Origin: Lytechinus pictus
Lineage: Eukaryota
Assembly: GCF_037042905.1 (NCBI RefSeq)
Contig: NC_087251.1
Coordinates: forward strand, 13,270,001 to 13,334,000
DNA length: 64,000 bases
Reading direction: 5' to 3'
Part shown: piece after piece, positions 38,701 through 50,600 of the stretch
How the letters are laid out: the number at the start of each line of letters is the position of its first letter
Position numbering within the stretch: position 1 is the stretch's first letter
Made by a program: the position numbers and the translations under genes
Notes under the pieces: generated by a model
What the model saw: only the letters and a program-made list of their open reading frames with translations
Database searches by the model: none
Told to the model about the DNA's origin: nothing

Positions 38701-41700
38701 TAGAAAATTGATTTGAAGTAAATTTTGTCTTTCCAGAGATCATGTGTAGTATTTGGGTAGTTTAGTACTTCTTTAAAATAATGAATCATACATTACATAT
38801 GAGACCATGTATTATCTTTGTAGTAAAAAGGGAAAGAACCAAATAATAGGATGGTTTTATTCAACACTGTGATGTCAACTGTTTTTCTTTATTTTTATTT
38901 ACTGCTGCATAATGTTTTTTGCTTTCTTGCAAATGTTCCGGATGAAAAATTTCTGATTTCAAAGATGATATGTTGCCTGTTATATTTTCCAGCGATTCTT
39001 TTGACGTGGTAAAGCATGATGATGATGAAGTGTCTCCAGTCTTCTATATTCACTTTGGGAAAATGCATCTTGCTGATAAAGATATCGTAAGTCAAGGAGC
39101 AGATCTTGTATTTTAGAAAAGGAGTGGGGCAAAGTTTGTTGATTTATTCAGAATTTTTTGATAAGCATAAAAGGAAGGGAGGATGGGGGGGGGGGGGGTG
39201 GCTTTACTTCCCTAAATATTACAATTTGCCTAACCACACAGTAAATAAGTACAACAATAAGAAATGTTCCAATTTACAAAAGGGGAAGCACAATATACTG
39301 CTGTGCCTTTTCAATCTGCATACTGTTTGGTTTGTGGATCAATTAAAGTTACGTTCAAATGGGATATCAATTAACACTTATCTACATATCAGAGGGGATG
39401 TTATCAGGAGAGAAAGTGGGATGATTTTAGTGTCAAAATTAGCAAATTGTTAAAAATGGATTGACCATTGTTTGTTTTATATCATAAAAAATATTATATA
39501 CTATTGATATATTCATTGGTCAGAGATAATGAAGAGGATGAAGAGGATCAAGCCCAAGTCCCTAAACATGTATTTCATTGCTTGAAAGTTAAGATGCATT
39601 TGATATTTGGAGTTTTGTTTGATTGCAACTATAAACAATTGATCTCTTCATGAATGGGTCTTCTCCTAGGGATCAGAAAAAAATAGTTTTTCAGAGAGGA
39701 TAAAGGATCTGAAGATGAAGAGGGGTAGGAATCTACATAGAGAATTGATGATCAAAGACCTTACACCATCTTCATTAAATAGCACCAAGAATGATCATCT
39801 AGATATCATCTGTCCTACAGTTGATAGTGAGTAAACCCATCTTATTCCACATTAAAAAAAATCATGGTTTACATTTTCCTTTCTTTTTTCAATTAATGGT
39901 TAAGTTCAAAGCAATATTTCAAACCAGATGGTGCCAAGCATGTGTTATTAATGTCTTCTGAATCAAACAGAATTCTGTGTCCAGAGAGATTCGACTAAAG
40001 CTTATTGATGTGTATATCATATTTAGCTCAAATAAAATGTATCTCTGTTATGTTTGTATTAATATGTAAGTTATACATCAATGTTCAAATCAATTTCTGT
40101 TAATTTCATTGTGACTATTGATTGTTTGACTTATATATTATGTTATGTAAATTGTATATCAACTTGAATTGAATACAAACATCACATGAATGAACATGTT
40201 CCAAAAGAAATCATATCAATAAAAAGAGTTATAGAATTGAGATGACCATTGCAATGTAACACATACATGTATGTGTGCATTGCCATTGTACATAATGTCC
40301 CAATTTGTTACAGTTCTTGAGTTTCCAAGCATTAGATTTTGTGGCCCAATTACAATTAATACAGATTGTTTGGCCAAAATATTATAATGTACTTGTGCAT
40401 TGCAGTTACTCATTGTCTTGCACATAACATTAATTTGAGCCAAATAAATGCTTGCAGTATTTGAGTCACAAATCTAAAGTTGCCTCTTATTATAATTGAT
40501 GAAGATATATCTAAGTTTTGATGATTTCATAGAGTTTGACTTTTTCATGACTCAAACGACTAATTCAAGAGGATATGAAATACTTTTCAATATTACTATC
40601 TCGTTTACAGAACTGAAGAGTCGTTTGTCACCCTCTTGCCAGTGCAGTAATCAAGGATTTGTGTGGGTGTGTGGAGTAAGAGCAACTTGTAAAGCAGAAT
40701 ATAGTACTTCATCTATTCTACTTAGCACTCAGGTTGCTATGGAAACACTTAATGGTAAAAGCATTATGAAAGTGCTAGGCTGCACGTAACAATCACATCT
40801 TTTAGAATTTTGAATTATCACGGTTTTAAATTATGAGAATTTGTATGGCTTCAGCTCATTGCATAATGAGCAAAAAGATATTTTCAGGGGGGATTTGATT
40901 CTAAATAGTCTTAACAAGTCAGTGAAGTTTTGAATATATAGAATGTTGCCATTAAAGTATTAGCAAAGCTTCACTGATAAGATGTTCTAATATTTGAGGA
41001 ACATCTTTTGTTTGCATGAGAATCAATGTCCTTGGCTGGAAGTAGAAATAAAGTAAAGTCTAAATATCTTGCTAAATTGTAGCCTACAGTTAAATGGCAC
41101 CTCTCTGTTACATCCTAATGTTGATTTAGTCTTAGTTTCTTCATGTTGAGTCTTTTTTATTTTTGCTTGTACTATGATATTTATGTCTTGATATGTCAAG
41201 CAAAAGTTTAGTTGTAAAAAATTCCCATCCCTCTTTCACACAAAATCATATAGATATGAGAAAAATCATCAAAATTGTATTTACAAAATTTTCTTCTAAT
41301 TTTTCCAATCCAATGTTCATTTTTTATGGTTTTCATCTCTGTAAAGTAAGTGTAAATAAACCATTTTGTTCTTTGTTGATGTACTGTCAATAAAAAAAAG
41401 TGGCTTTGCAAATTTGTTAATGTTATGTTCTTGTACATATTTTAAAGGATTCAAAACAAATTATACATGAAGTTTTAGCTAAATTTGATTCCTTAAAATT
41501 TCAGAACAACTTCAGAGCAAAGGGTATTCACTAAAGGATGCTGTGCTAATACACCTGTATGTGAGAAATATGTCAGATTTTGCATCCATCAATTCTGTCT
41601 ATTGTCAGTACTTCAAACTCAATCCATCAGCAAGGTATGTATGGAAGTGTGTAATATCTACATGTATATATTTTCAAAGATATCATATATTAGACACATT

Positions 41701-44700
41701 TTGGATTAACACTTGAATCGATATCAAATGATTTGTTGTGAGCGCACTTGTATGTTACCGGGTAATTATTGTACCTGTGATATGTTACTCGTGACCAGCA
41801 GGGTTGGGCTCAATTACAAGCTAATTTATCAATTACGTAATTAATTACATTTTTTTAGTAATTGTAATTGAAATTTTGAAAGGGAAAGAAATTTAATTGT
41901 AATTGAAAAAAATGTAATTGAATTCAATTACTGTCATTTACTTTTAATTACATTCAATTACTTTACAATAAACTTACTTAATTTATGATTTAATATCATG
42001 ACCTTTTTCATGTCAACTGCTTCAGCATCAAAGAGTGTAATAGGCAGAATCTGTGCTCTTTTAATAGCATAATTAAACCTTCACCTTGTCAGTCTCTCTG
42101 TAACTTAGAGTTATGTTGAAATAGGTGGTGCTAGTACATACAGAGTACAAATTGATTTCATTTTTGACTTTTATAGAAACTAATTGATAATTGTCATTGA
42201 AAAAAAAAGTAATTTAATTGAAAAGTAATTGTAATTGAACATTTCTTCAATTACATAATTGTAATTGAAGAAAGTAATTGAGCCCAACCCTGGTGACCAG
42301 TGACCTTGAAAACTCAGCTTTTGTCCCAGCCATGTCCCAGCCATGTTTTATCTGACTGCTAAGAAAGCACGAATGCCTGTGAGCAAGCAACCAGGGGACC
42401 AACGGCCTAAGGTCCTCTCCGAGAGACCTGGTAATGAGGATAAATGCCTTACCAAAGGGCAATAGCGCACCACTTGGGAATGGAACCCGGGTCACTGGAA
42501 TCCGAAACCCCCGCTCTACCAACTGAGCTATCGCGCCTCCCTCATGCATATAATTCCTACAAACTTTCTCAGTTATGTGTAGTCTGACCCTCTAACTTTC
42601 CTTGTTGAATCATTGCATATTCATATAGGTGCATGATTAAAAAAAAAGATTATTTCATATTATTAGCATTTTCTTTCAAACAGTATCAGAGAAAAATAAA
42701 ATAATTTATTCATTTTAGTGACTCTTATTATAATTCTAGGCACAAGTATTGTGCAAAGAAAATCATTAATTTATGAAAATACCAAATAACAATTTTTGAA
42801 TATTTTTTTATTCAAAATACTCCAACACTCAAAATTGAATAGTTTGGTGCATTTGAGGAGAGTTACTGCCAAAATGTCAGATATGCTTTAGAAATACTGT
42901 GTGTAATACTATTGCATGCTCGTGCAAGGGAGCCGGCAATGTAATAGATCACAAACTCAACATGCGTACCATGATCTCCGCCCACCTTCGTGCGTGTATC
43001 CGCATGCATTGCGCTGCTGGTATAATAAAATCAGCAAAATAAAGGCTAAAAAGAGGCCCGAGCAGATCTGTGTAGATCTAGTCATATTCCTCTTTTTCCT
43101 CTATGTTGGTTATTTGGTCTACATTGGCTATGCCATCAAATCAAGTGTAGTATAAAATAAATATTCAATGTTTTGTCATTCGTGCAGCCATTCAAATACA
43201 TGTATTACATTCGGTGAAAGTTGAAGCAGTCTATTTAACTATGCTTCGTGTTGTTGAATAAACTCTTTCAACTTGCACGCTCATGTAATATTCAGAACGA
43301 TCGCACTCATAAACATTTAATGTTTGTATAATATTTAAAAAAAACAATTCTGTGGTTTGAAAAATTGACTTATTGTATTGTCATGTTCCTTGTTGAAAAG
43401 GGTAATATTGAAACAAAAAGTTTGTATAATTGAATTCTGGTGTAGAATTTGGGAGTTAAAAAGGCCATGACAAAAATTTTTACAGTGGTATCTAGAGAAA
43501 GGACAATACCCTCTTCAACTGTGTTATTTAAAACAAAATATTCTTTATGCTGTAGAACACTAGCATGTTACGACATCAAGAGTTTCCTTATCCCTTTCCT
43601 TGTTTTTCTTCACAGGGTATGTGTTCAGGCTGACTTACCAGAAGGTATAGCATTACAGCTAGACTGTCTAGCCCATCACACCCCCACCCCTGCCCCAGGG
43701 TCAGGCGAGGGAGGGGTTGAGAGGGACCCTGCCCATTATAGGACCACCATGCATGTCCAGGGTTACTCACATTGGGCACCTGCCAATGTAGGACCTTACA
43801 GTCAGGCTGTACAGGTATGATCATAATGTTCATAATAAAGCAGCCCCAGCTCCCAAAGAACTCACTAAGTGACAAAGACATCAAATTGAATATGAATATG
43901 AAATGATAAGATTGATATTAACCCGTGAAATGGATTAGATTTGAATAAATGACATTAAAAGGTTAAATATGACAAGAAAAATAATCTAAACAATCAAGAA
44001 ACTATTCAACTTTGAAATATAGATCTTTAAATTGGTAAATCTGATGCATAAAAGACGGGCTTCAGCTTGTCATTGTCAATGACCTATGATCAATGATCTA
44101 TTCACCTTTTGCAAGCATTATTATTAATTATTAGTGTTTATAATTGATAAGGATTAATTATAATATTTATCATTCTCAGATAGGTAGCCTTGTATTCTGC
44201 GCTGGAATGATACCTCTCTGCCCTAGCAACATGACCCTTATAGAGGGGGGCATTAATGCTGAGTCCAGAATCTCCCTGCGTAGCTTGACCAGAGTTTTAG
44301 CTGCAATGCATCCTGGGATGGGATTGAATCATGTTGTCATGGCAACCTGCTATGTCAACAAGTCAGGGTTAGAGGTGACAGCAAGGAGACACTGGGACCA
44401 GGCACTCAATGAAGAGAAGCATAAGGTATGTTCCAGATGGTGTTTCATAAAGCTGTTTATAAGATACTCTCAGTTACTCACAACTGGTGATCTGTTCTTG
44501 GGTGCTGAATCAGATTCAAAATCATTTGGATTTCTGTCAGCTAAGCTTGAAAACTGGATAGTACATTAAATCTCTTGTTTTCAACATGCATCTAGGGGTA
44601 AAAAGGTTTCTTTAAGCACAAGAATAGGTCACCAGTTGTATGTAAGTTATGCATAACTTTTGAACAGCTAATGAAACACCAGCCAGGTCATGATCTTAAG

Positions 44701-47632
44701 GGCTTTATTTTTTAACATGTCATTCTTCAAATTAGCAACAATATTAGGTTTCTTTCAATACTTTATTTGGCTCTGAGAACATTTTATTTTGGTCAGAACG
44801 GTGTCTTGAAAAAGGTATTCTGGTATGACAGTATTAAATAAGAATTGTATTCAATGAAAGACAAAAGAAACCTAGAAATGTGACATCATTAAATCTTAAC
44901 ATATAGTTAGATTACATTGAATTATTTCATTATATTTCTTGATGAATATTACTCTTCAGGTTGAGTACCCCTTTGAAGAAGGTGTCAATATTGTCAAATA
45001 TTGTCATAAAAAAGTGATTTTGAATATCTCATATTTCTGTTTCTACATTGACTGAATTTGAATTAATATTGAAGATCTTTTTATAAAGTCATTGAGCAAT
45101 ACTACAAGAAATATTTTTATTGATGAAATGTCTCCTAACAATCATTGATAATTACATTTCAATACAACCATATTTTTATCATCTTTTGTGTGTTGAAGTT
45201 GGAGGAGTCTGACTCTGATACATATCCCAGCACTCCTTGCCTGATGAATTATGTGACTGTTCCTCGCTTACCCAAGGGAGTATGTGTGGAGTGGCATGTA
45301 GTTGCAGATACCAACAAATATTCATGGCAGTGTAAGTTGATTTATCAATATTTCACGTATCAAGAATGTTAATGTGTGATGGGTATTGAATGCATCACAT
45401 GATAAATTTTACTTTTACCTATCAAACTTACATTCTTTGTCTACGTTTCATCAATCTTTCAAGTTAACAGAACCTTGATTCAAAGAGTCATTACAAGTAT
45501 TTTTATGTTTTGGGTAACGGCATGAAGTAGAATTGTGTTGCACTGTGTTTTATCTTAAATAAAAGTCTATTGCAACTACAGAATTACTCACAGGTGTACT
45601 TAAATAAGCGTAAAGAAGCTTGTTTGTAAAAAAAAGAATAAGTGATAAGAATGCATGGAGAAAATATTGTGTTTTGTTTTTATCCCATTCATTCTCCAAC
45701 AAAGTTAACGGTAAGCTTGATAGAGTCATCAAGGCTTACATGTAATCACACTAGACAACAAATTTTGGCAAAAATAGATTGTGAATTCATATTTTGCAAA
45801 GTGTTTGTAAAACAGGCACAATGATTCTTTGCCAATGGGGCACACTCTCAGCTACTTAGACTTGGTAATAAATATTTTATTCAGGTTTAATGTATTATTT
45901 AAGTAATGTGTTAGAAAGATGGAAAAATTTGTCTTTCTTTTGCAATTCTTTAGATGAAAAGAGAAATACTGTTGATAGTGGTATTTCTGTGGAAATAGAG
46001 ACAACATGGTGTAAACAGTCCGGAGCAATGGCCCTTATGGCAACAGTGGGTAAGTTATGATAAAAAATATGATGCCACTTTTGGTAATTATCACAAATTG
46101 ATGTCTCATAGAATCCAACAAAGTAACAAAAAGTATTTGCTTTATACATGTGCCCTACTTTGTGGAATGGTCTTCATTAAGACATACAAAAAAGGAATAC
46201 TGCAACTCAACATCTTAAACATTGAGGGCTAGTTTAGTGTTCCCCAAAACCCCTCCTTTAGACATGAATTTTATGAATTTCAATTGGGTCATTTAAGAAT
46301 CTACCAAAATATCCTTTCTATTTTATTTCATAAGACACTTTGTGCCTTTTGTAGGCAACAGAGTAGATATTTCACTTTTCAGGTAATATTGTTATTTATT
46401 TATTTCACCCTAGATATTTATCAAAATCTTACTGATATGTCTCATTTTATGCTTTTATTAGAACCAACTTAATGTCAAAGTGTATTTCATCTTAATATGT
46501 TGGAAGTTTGTCTATTCTGGCCTAGACCGGTCAGTGAGGAAAACTCGCCTTGAATTTCTGGCAAACATTATACATGTAGATTTACTTCTTTTTGACTTAC
46601 ATTTTTAAAATTTCAGATCCCCAAGGTTCTAGAAAAGAGCTACATCTCCGGACCATAGTTCAGAGACTCTGTTTGTCCATCGCTGGTGTTTTAAAAGATC
46701 ACAGCAAGGAATTTAATGATGTCCTTTCTTTCAAGGTATTTCACAACCAGTCATTGATTCCACAGATACAACTCAATACTGGTAAGTCTGTTCGATTAAT
46801 ACACATCATGCACATACTTTTTAAGACAGTAAGCGACTGTCAATTCACCAGCACCAGCACAAGACTTAAACTATTAAACTATGTGTGTATTAGGTTACTG
46901 GATTCTTACCCAGGATGTAACATTTTGGCAATATAGTCTTGGAATATACATCTGTGCCCTGCAATGAATATTTTCCTCTCTTCAATGCAACCTTCATATT
47001 TTCATACCACAATATTTACCAAGAAACATAATATTTTCAGTTTGCTTCCAAGCATTCTTATTTTTCAATAAAGATTGTATATCCATCATAATTTATTCAT
47101 AAAAAATTAATGATATATTTGGAATTGTTTTATGAAAGGGTATGTGTCTCAAGAGTGTCAAAATGCCATAATAGGCCTATGACAGGGGTCACCATGTACA
47201 GTACGAGAACATGGAGATATGTCCCCTTTAATAAGGGAATCTACAATGGTGCATTGTGCACAAAGCTATAGCAAAGTGCATTTCTTGCATAAACTTGTTA
47301 GTACACAAGATAAGCTTCATTGCTACAAACATCTCAAATTTACTCCTGTGCATTATAATGTTCTATCATCAGTTTAACAAAATGAATTTAAAGAAGACAA
47401 TTTAATGTGAACTCTTTCTTACATGATTTGAATAAAAAATAATATGAATTTAACATTGTCCATGCTTTTCTCCATTTTAATTTTGTGTACAGTACTTCAG
47501 AGTGAACTACAGGTCATCTGCGAGGGCACATTGCATTTTACAAGTATACCAGTGACATCTTTACCCTATCCAAATCTTCTTTGTGCCTGTATATGGGTAC
47601 AAGGTGTACCAACAGTGGATGATTATGACTAA
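20774..47632 (+). CDS. DPH6: Diphthine--ammonia ligase (DPH6/ATPBD4), long form with C-terminal RidA/YjgF-like domains; 17 coding exons, ~716 aa (whole-gene span)
   Basis: Phase-consistent exon chain of 2151 nt: MKVVALVSGGKDSCFNMM...DELDSYMFQTVGH...GAILSNYQRVRVENVC...CGEGGEYETFTLDCPLF...MHVQGYSHWAPANVGPYSQA...VPRLPKGVCVEW. Confidence 0.95.
23057..23293. mobile_element. hAT-like MITE
   Basis: TIR CA(C/G)TAGCGTACCTA. TSD CCTGCAGC at 23049-23056 and 23294-23301. Confidence 0.92.
23412..23584. repeat. 85-bp tandem duplication (2 copies)
   Basis: tgcatgtaaagtgatttattaaacttttgaaatatcaattaagaactgg... at 23412 and 23497. Confidence 0.92.
23605..23945 (+). pseudogene. C-terminal fragment of a hAT-like DDE transposase (frameshifted)
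   Basis: Manual translation across two frameshifts: DLAAESASCSSTNISGERQFGRADAMLHRAPNISV/GKVESKLMFSSNDTASWLQ..., followed by a charged coiled coil. Confidence 0.7.
25373..25552. mobile_element. hAT-like MITE, same family as 23057-23293
   Basis: CACTAGCGTACCTAGG ... CCTAGGTACGCCACTG with shared internal gagtcacaa(a)cccatgca. TSD degraded. Confidence 0.82.
25905..26830. repeat. Degenerate ~55-65 bp minisatellite, probably internal to a hAT-like element ending at ~27053
   Basis: Recurrent aaatttgacaagcccccc...actaaaaatgaaggtcattttgtc units; TIR-like end GATCTGCCACTG near 27043-27054. Confidence 0.75.
26076..26272 (+). mobile_element. tRNA-derived SINE (~200 bp)
   Basis: GGAGGCGCGATAGCTCAGTCGGTAGAGCG...GGTTCGATT head. 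Near-identical inverted copy at 42344-42540. Confidence 0.88.
27531..28460. repeat. ~200-bp palindrome followed by ~284-bp tandem repeats
   Basis: Palindrome 27531-27728 centred on GGATAACGAGTAAT-agcat-ATTACTCGTTATCC. Repeat units start at ~27660, 27941 and 28225; recurrent motif GGACTYGGATCACGAG. Confidence 0.92.
29542..31133 (-). pseudogene. Decayed hAT-like DDE transposase (CxxH insertion-domain type)
   Basis: Stitched frames: RLPKPTLIRYLAVEQ...TLHTDGTTKK...MTDRSIVNK...LYCGKHLVLN...RNRFNVPFHN...QLSDHLPGGRY...PKDNLCAE. In-frame TAA at 30872, frameshifts near 30700 and 30485, and a deletion after CAE. Confidence 0.8.
32420..33230. repeat. Polypyrimidine (CT-rich) low-complexity tract
   Basis: Mostly C/T on the + strand; followed by the hAT-type end GTAGATCCGCGCCTG at ~33236-33250. 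Confidence 0.8.
33949..34040 (+). CDS. DPH6: DPH6 coding exon 2 (GGKDSCFNMMQCVAEGHDLVALANLYPEDV)
   Basis: ctcag| ... |gtgagt; PP-loop motif. Confidence 0.95.
34883..35067 (+). CDS. DPH6: DPH6 coding exon 3 (DELDSYMFQTVGHH...LLKKIK); GC donor
   Basis: gtag| ... AAG|gcaagc; conserved DPH6 sequence. Confidence 0.93.
35868..35941 (+). CDS. DPH6: DPH6 coding exon 4 (DEMQVEGVSVGAILSNYQRVRVENV)
   Basis: tacag| ... |gtaagt. Confidence 0.95.
36562..36680 (+). CDS. DPH6: DPH6 coding exon 5 (CQRLGLIPLAYLWRRDQ...IKVAAL)
   Basis: ttcag| ... |gtaatc. Confidence 0.95.
37820..37881 (+). CDS. DPH6: DPH6 coding exon 6 (GLGAKHLGKTISEIQPYMEIM)
   Basis: tatag| ... |gtaata. Confidence 0.93.
38438..38529 (+). 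CDS. DPH6: DPH6 coding exon 7 (KTKYHLNVCGEGGEYETFTLDCPLFTKKIV)
   Basis: tgcag| ... |gtaagt; GEGGEYET motif. Confidence 0.95.
38993..39086 (+). CDS. DPH6: DPH6 coding exon 8 (DSFDVVKHDDDEVSPVFYIHFGKMHLADKDI)
   Basis: tccag| ... |gtaagt; end of the ATPase domain. Confidence 0.92.
39670..39826 (+). CDS. DPH6: DPH6 coding exon 9 (linker)
   Basis: cctag| open frame GSEKNSFSERIKD...CPTVD |gtgagt. Phases match both neighbours; poorly conserved sequence. Confidence 0.7.
40611..40754 (+). CDS. DPH6: DPH6 coding exon 10 (start of RidA-like domain 1)
   Basis: tacag| LKSRLSPSC...QVAMETLN |gtaaaa. Confidence 0.82.
41505..41634 (+). CDS. DPH6: DPH6 coding exon 11 (QLQSKGYSLKDAVLIHLYVRNMSDFASINSVYCQYFKLNPSA)
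   Basis: ttcag| ... |gtatgt; RidA/YjgF-like MxDFxxxNxVY motif. Confidence 0.93.
41799..42292. mobile_element. hAT-like MITE with GTAATT subrepeats
   Basis: TIR CAGGGTTGGGCTCAATTAC (19 bp perfect). TSD GTGACCAG at 41791-41798 and 42293-42300. Confidence 0.95.
42322..42540 (-). mobile_element. tRNA-derived SINE, same family as 26076-26272
   Basis: Reverse complement matches the + copy; tail has a duplicated tgtcccagcca. Confidence 0.88.
43616..43814 (+). CDS. DPH6: DPH6 coding exon 12 (VCVQADLP...MHVQGYSHWAPANVGPYSQAVQ)
   Basis: cacag| ... |gtatga; GPYSQA RidA motif. Confidence 0.95.
44180..44425 (+). CDS. DPH6: DPH6 coding exon 13 (IGSLVFCAGMIPLCPSNM...EEKHK)
   Basis: ctcag| ... |gtatgt; RidA-like domain 2. 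Confidence 0.93.
44439..44680. mobile_element. Degenerate palindromic MITE (possibly PIF/Harbinger-like)
   Basis: GGTGTTTCATAAAGCTGTT ... AACAGCTAATGAAACACC. Confidence 0.6.
45199..45331 (+). CDS. DPH6: DPH6 coding exon 14 (LEESDSD...VPRLPKGVCVEWHVVAD)
   Basis: gaag| ... |gtaagt; LPKGxxVE RidA motif. Confidence 0.9.
45954..46049 (+). CDS. DPH6: DPH6 coding exon 15
   Basis: tttag| EKRNTVDSG...ALMATV |gtaagt; phase 1/1. Confidence 0.78.
46617..46781 (+). CDS. DPH6: DPH6 coding exon 16
   Basis: ttcag| PQGSRKELH...QIQLNT |gtaagt; phase 1/1. Confidence 0.8.
47493..47632 (+). CDS. DPH6: DPH6 terminal coding exon 17 (LQSELQ...SIPVTSLP...QGVPTVDDYD*)
   Basis: tacag| ... TAA; AATAAA at 48319, 48340 and 48414 downstream. 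Confidence 0.8.
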
Positions 47633-50600
47633 TTTGATTATCAATTCATTTTAAGTGGAGTTTGTTCTCTTTTATTTTAATTATCAATTATCACATACAT
47701 CATGTACCAGCAACATCGCTATTGTGATCTAGTATTTGTATACTTTTAAATGATACAGGGCATTGTTCTAACAATGGACATTAATAATTAATCCTTGATA
47801 ATTAAGTAGTAACCTCTCTACCCCTTACTTTCAGTCTATATACATGATTACAGCATGTTCTTACAATGGACAATGATTATTTGTTTTGATTCTTAGTAGT
47901 TAGACCAAGTATATTAGCGACCTCTCTACTCTTGCATTTCATTCTATGTCCATTGTTACAGGGCATCCCAACAATTAATGATGATAATTTAATTCTTTGT
48001 TATTATTTGATAATTATTTTAAGTCATGATCATTATTTATGCTTGTGGCATCTTTATCTCTACTTATCATTCTTTTTGCTCTTTCATTGGTACAAACAAT
48101 GGACAATAATACTTTTTGGGGGGTCTTTTCTTGATTAAGTATACCAGTGATCTTTTACCATAACCTATCATTTTCTAAGACTGTTTATGAATACAAGTTA
48201 TTTGAACAATGGACAATTATGAATCAATTTCAAATATAGTCTTATCACTGATTTTATCTGTGAGGAACATTATTACTTGTATTGGGTTCCTGACTGCATT
48301 TGAAACTATGTCAACTTGAATAAAAAAATATTTCCCCAAAATAAAGTACTGTAATGTGAGCTAATGGATCCTGTACTCATTCATTCTCAGTTTTGGGACT
48401 CTTGCACCTTCCCAATAAATAATGAAGTGCATTTTCACTACATGTATCCAACAAACATGAACATATAGCAAAGTTTTGAAATGGTTATGGGCTGTGACTT
48501 ATTATGTCAGGATGGTACATTTTGAAGAAGAAACAATCTACATATGCCAAATTTTAATTATTCCTATTTATAATTCTTTAATTATGATAATAGCTTTTAC
48601 TTTGTAGATTATGAATGAGGAATCACAACGTACCATCAAATATTGATGTTAATTTATACTCGCAGTAAATATGATTATATGAAAATAGAGATTGAATTAG
48701 TTTCGCTGTTTATTAATTTCTTTACCAATACCTGTGTATATTACATATCTTAGTGCAAATGGAGATGCAAGATTATTTGCTTCAAAGAGGCCGATACTTC
48801 AAGCTTTCAGATAGAAATTTACATAAAATGAGCACCCTAGCAGAAATGGCTTATATTTGATCAAAGATGTGTAGGAAAAATGCATGTTGTATTATCAAAA
48901 GCAAAGAGAGAAAATGAGAGGATGAGAAAGGTAGTGAGAGAGAGGGAGGAGGGAGAACAGAGTGACATAGAGAGGGAGTGAATGGTTAGGGGGGGGGAAG
49001 AAATTTGGCCAAATATAATAAAATTTTAGTTGCTTGCAAAGTTTGCTTCCTCCACAAGCACACCATATAAATTTCAAGTACATTTGAATCACACAGAACA
49101 AGTTCCTTAATAAGGATTACTCATTTAGTTATAAGATATTATTTGCTTACAACATAAGTTATGATGTTCTGGTTTTTCGCTCAAAAAGTCCTGCTTTATG
49201 AGCCTGAGAGAGCATAGAAAATATAGAATGAATCTGTTAAAGGTTCATAAAAGAATAGTTTAATAATCTCACACCTATCTATAAAGCATTATGAGCAAAG
49301 TTCAACTAATAGAAAGCAGAGGAAGGTTTTCCACATGTGTCATTTGAAAATGAAACCTGTCTTTGATTTTGTATGCACCATCTTGTCTGCCACCATTTAA
49401 AACAAAAAGCAAATGCTACCTCAAAGCCAAGAAAATGCTAGCTCAAAGTAAGCAAACACATGAGAAAATGCAAAAGGGTTTTTCTCTACGAAACTATTCA
49501 TTCGCTTCAGTTTAACTTTTGATTGCAATGAGCTAGCATTTTCTTTTGATTTGAACAATAGCAATCACTTGGGGTGGATATCCAATAATATTTGACACGC
49601 GAGTGCTTATTTTAAACTATGGAGCAAGATTTGATTTTCAATTGACCCTAGCTGTAGTCATCTAGGAAAAAGGGTAAAATGGATAATGTAGCTGATTCTA
49701 GCAAAAAGCTTGAAAGGAAAATTGCTGTTTTTATATTTATAAATTTGGCCAATCAACCCATGGCAGTTCACAATATCCTCATTTTATGTACCAGTATTAC
49801 ATTTTGCCCTAATAAGTGACAATAATTTCATGCTCTATATCCCTGAAATTTGACCACGCAAAAAATTCAATTAATTCAGAATTTTCTTCTACTGTATTTA
49901 TGTACCTGGTAATCGTGTAAAAGATATTACCCAAGCTAATAAAGTATACATTGATTAGTCAGGGAAATGATTATAATTGTTCAATTGAATTTAATGAGTA
50001 TGCTTTGATGCAAAGATAATGCTCAGAATAAAGTGATCTCATTTGAAAGAAAATTACAACTAAGTAAACATTAAACAATGGGTTGTCGTTAACATGGGGG
50101 CCAGGAAGACCCCCCCCCCCCATGAACTAATGACAGCAACGACAGGATCTATAAGAGGGGAAGTTCATATAAAGTACATGTAAATAAAAAATAAAATCAT
50201 AAAAATAGGAGAAAATATGTGAAATTTAATATCTGTAAATGAATATGAATTGTACATTAGCATCTTCCCCATATATAGAATACCGAAGTGATGACGTCAA
50301 AAAAATTTTTTTTTGCATTTCTGCGTTTTTGATACCATATTTTGGTAGCGCGTGGTTGAAAAAAACCCACTACCAAAATTTGGTGAGAATCGGTCTATGG
50401 GGGCCTGAGATAAAACCTCATGAATACATAATTAGCCCCATTGAAGTCAAAAATGTATTATTGGCCTTGTTCCTAACTTGTAGAAAATGCACTCCTTCAT
50501 ACTGAGTGTTGAATGTAGACAAGACTACAATGTTTGGTGCATCTAGAGAAACAAACTTTATTGAATGTATTATTTTATCACTTGACTTCACAATTAAATA

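Noticed and set aside
39524..39569. Extra DPH6 exon encoding DNEEDEEDQAQVPKH
   Set aside because: Available AG acceptors do not fit the phase-0 end of exon 8, and exons 8 and 9 already join in frame. It is possible only with another unseen micro-exon, so it needs RNA-seq.
44960..44981. Micro-exon VEYPFEE (and a similar candidate at 46355-46382)
   Set aside because: Lengths of 22 and 28 nt would shift the frame of otherwise phase-consistent neighbours.
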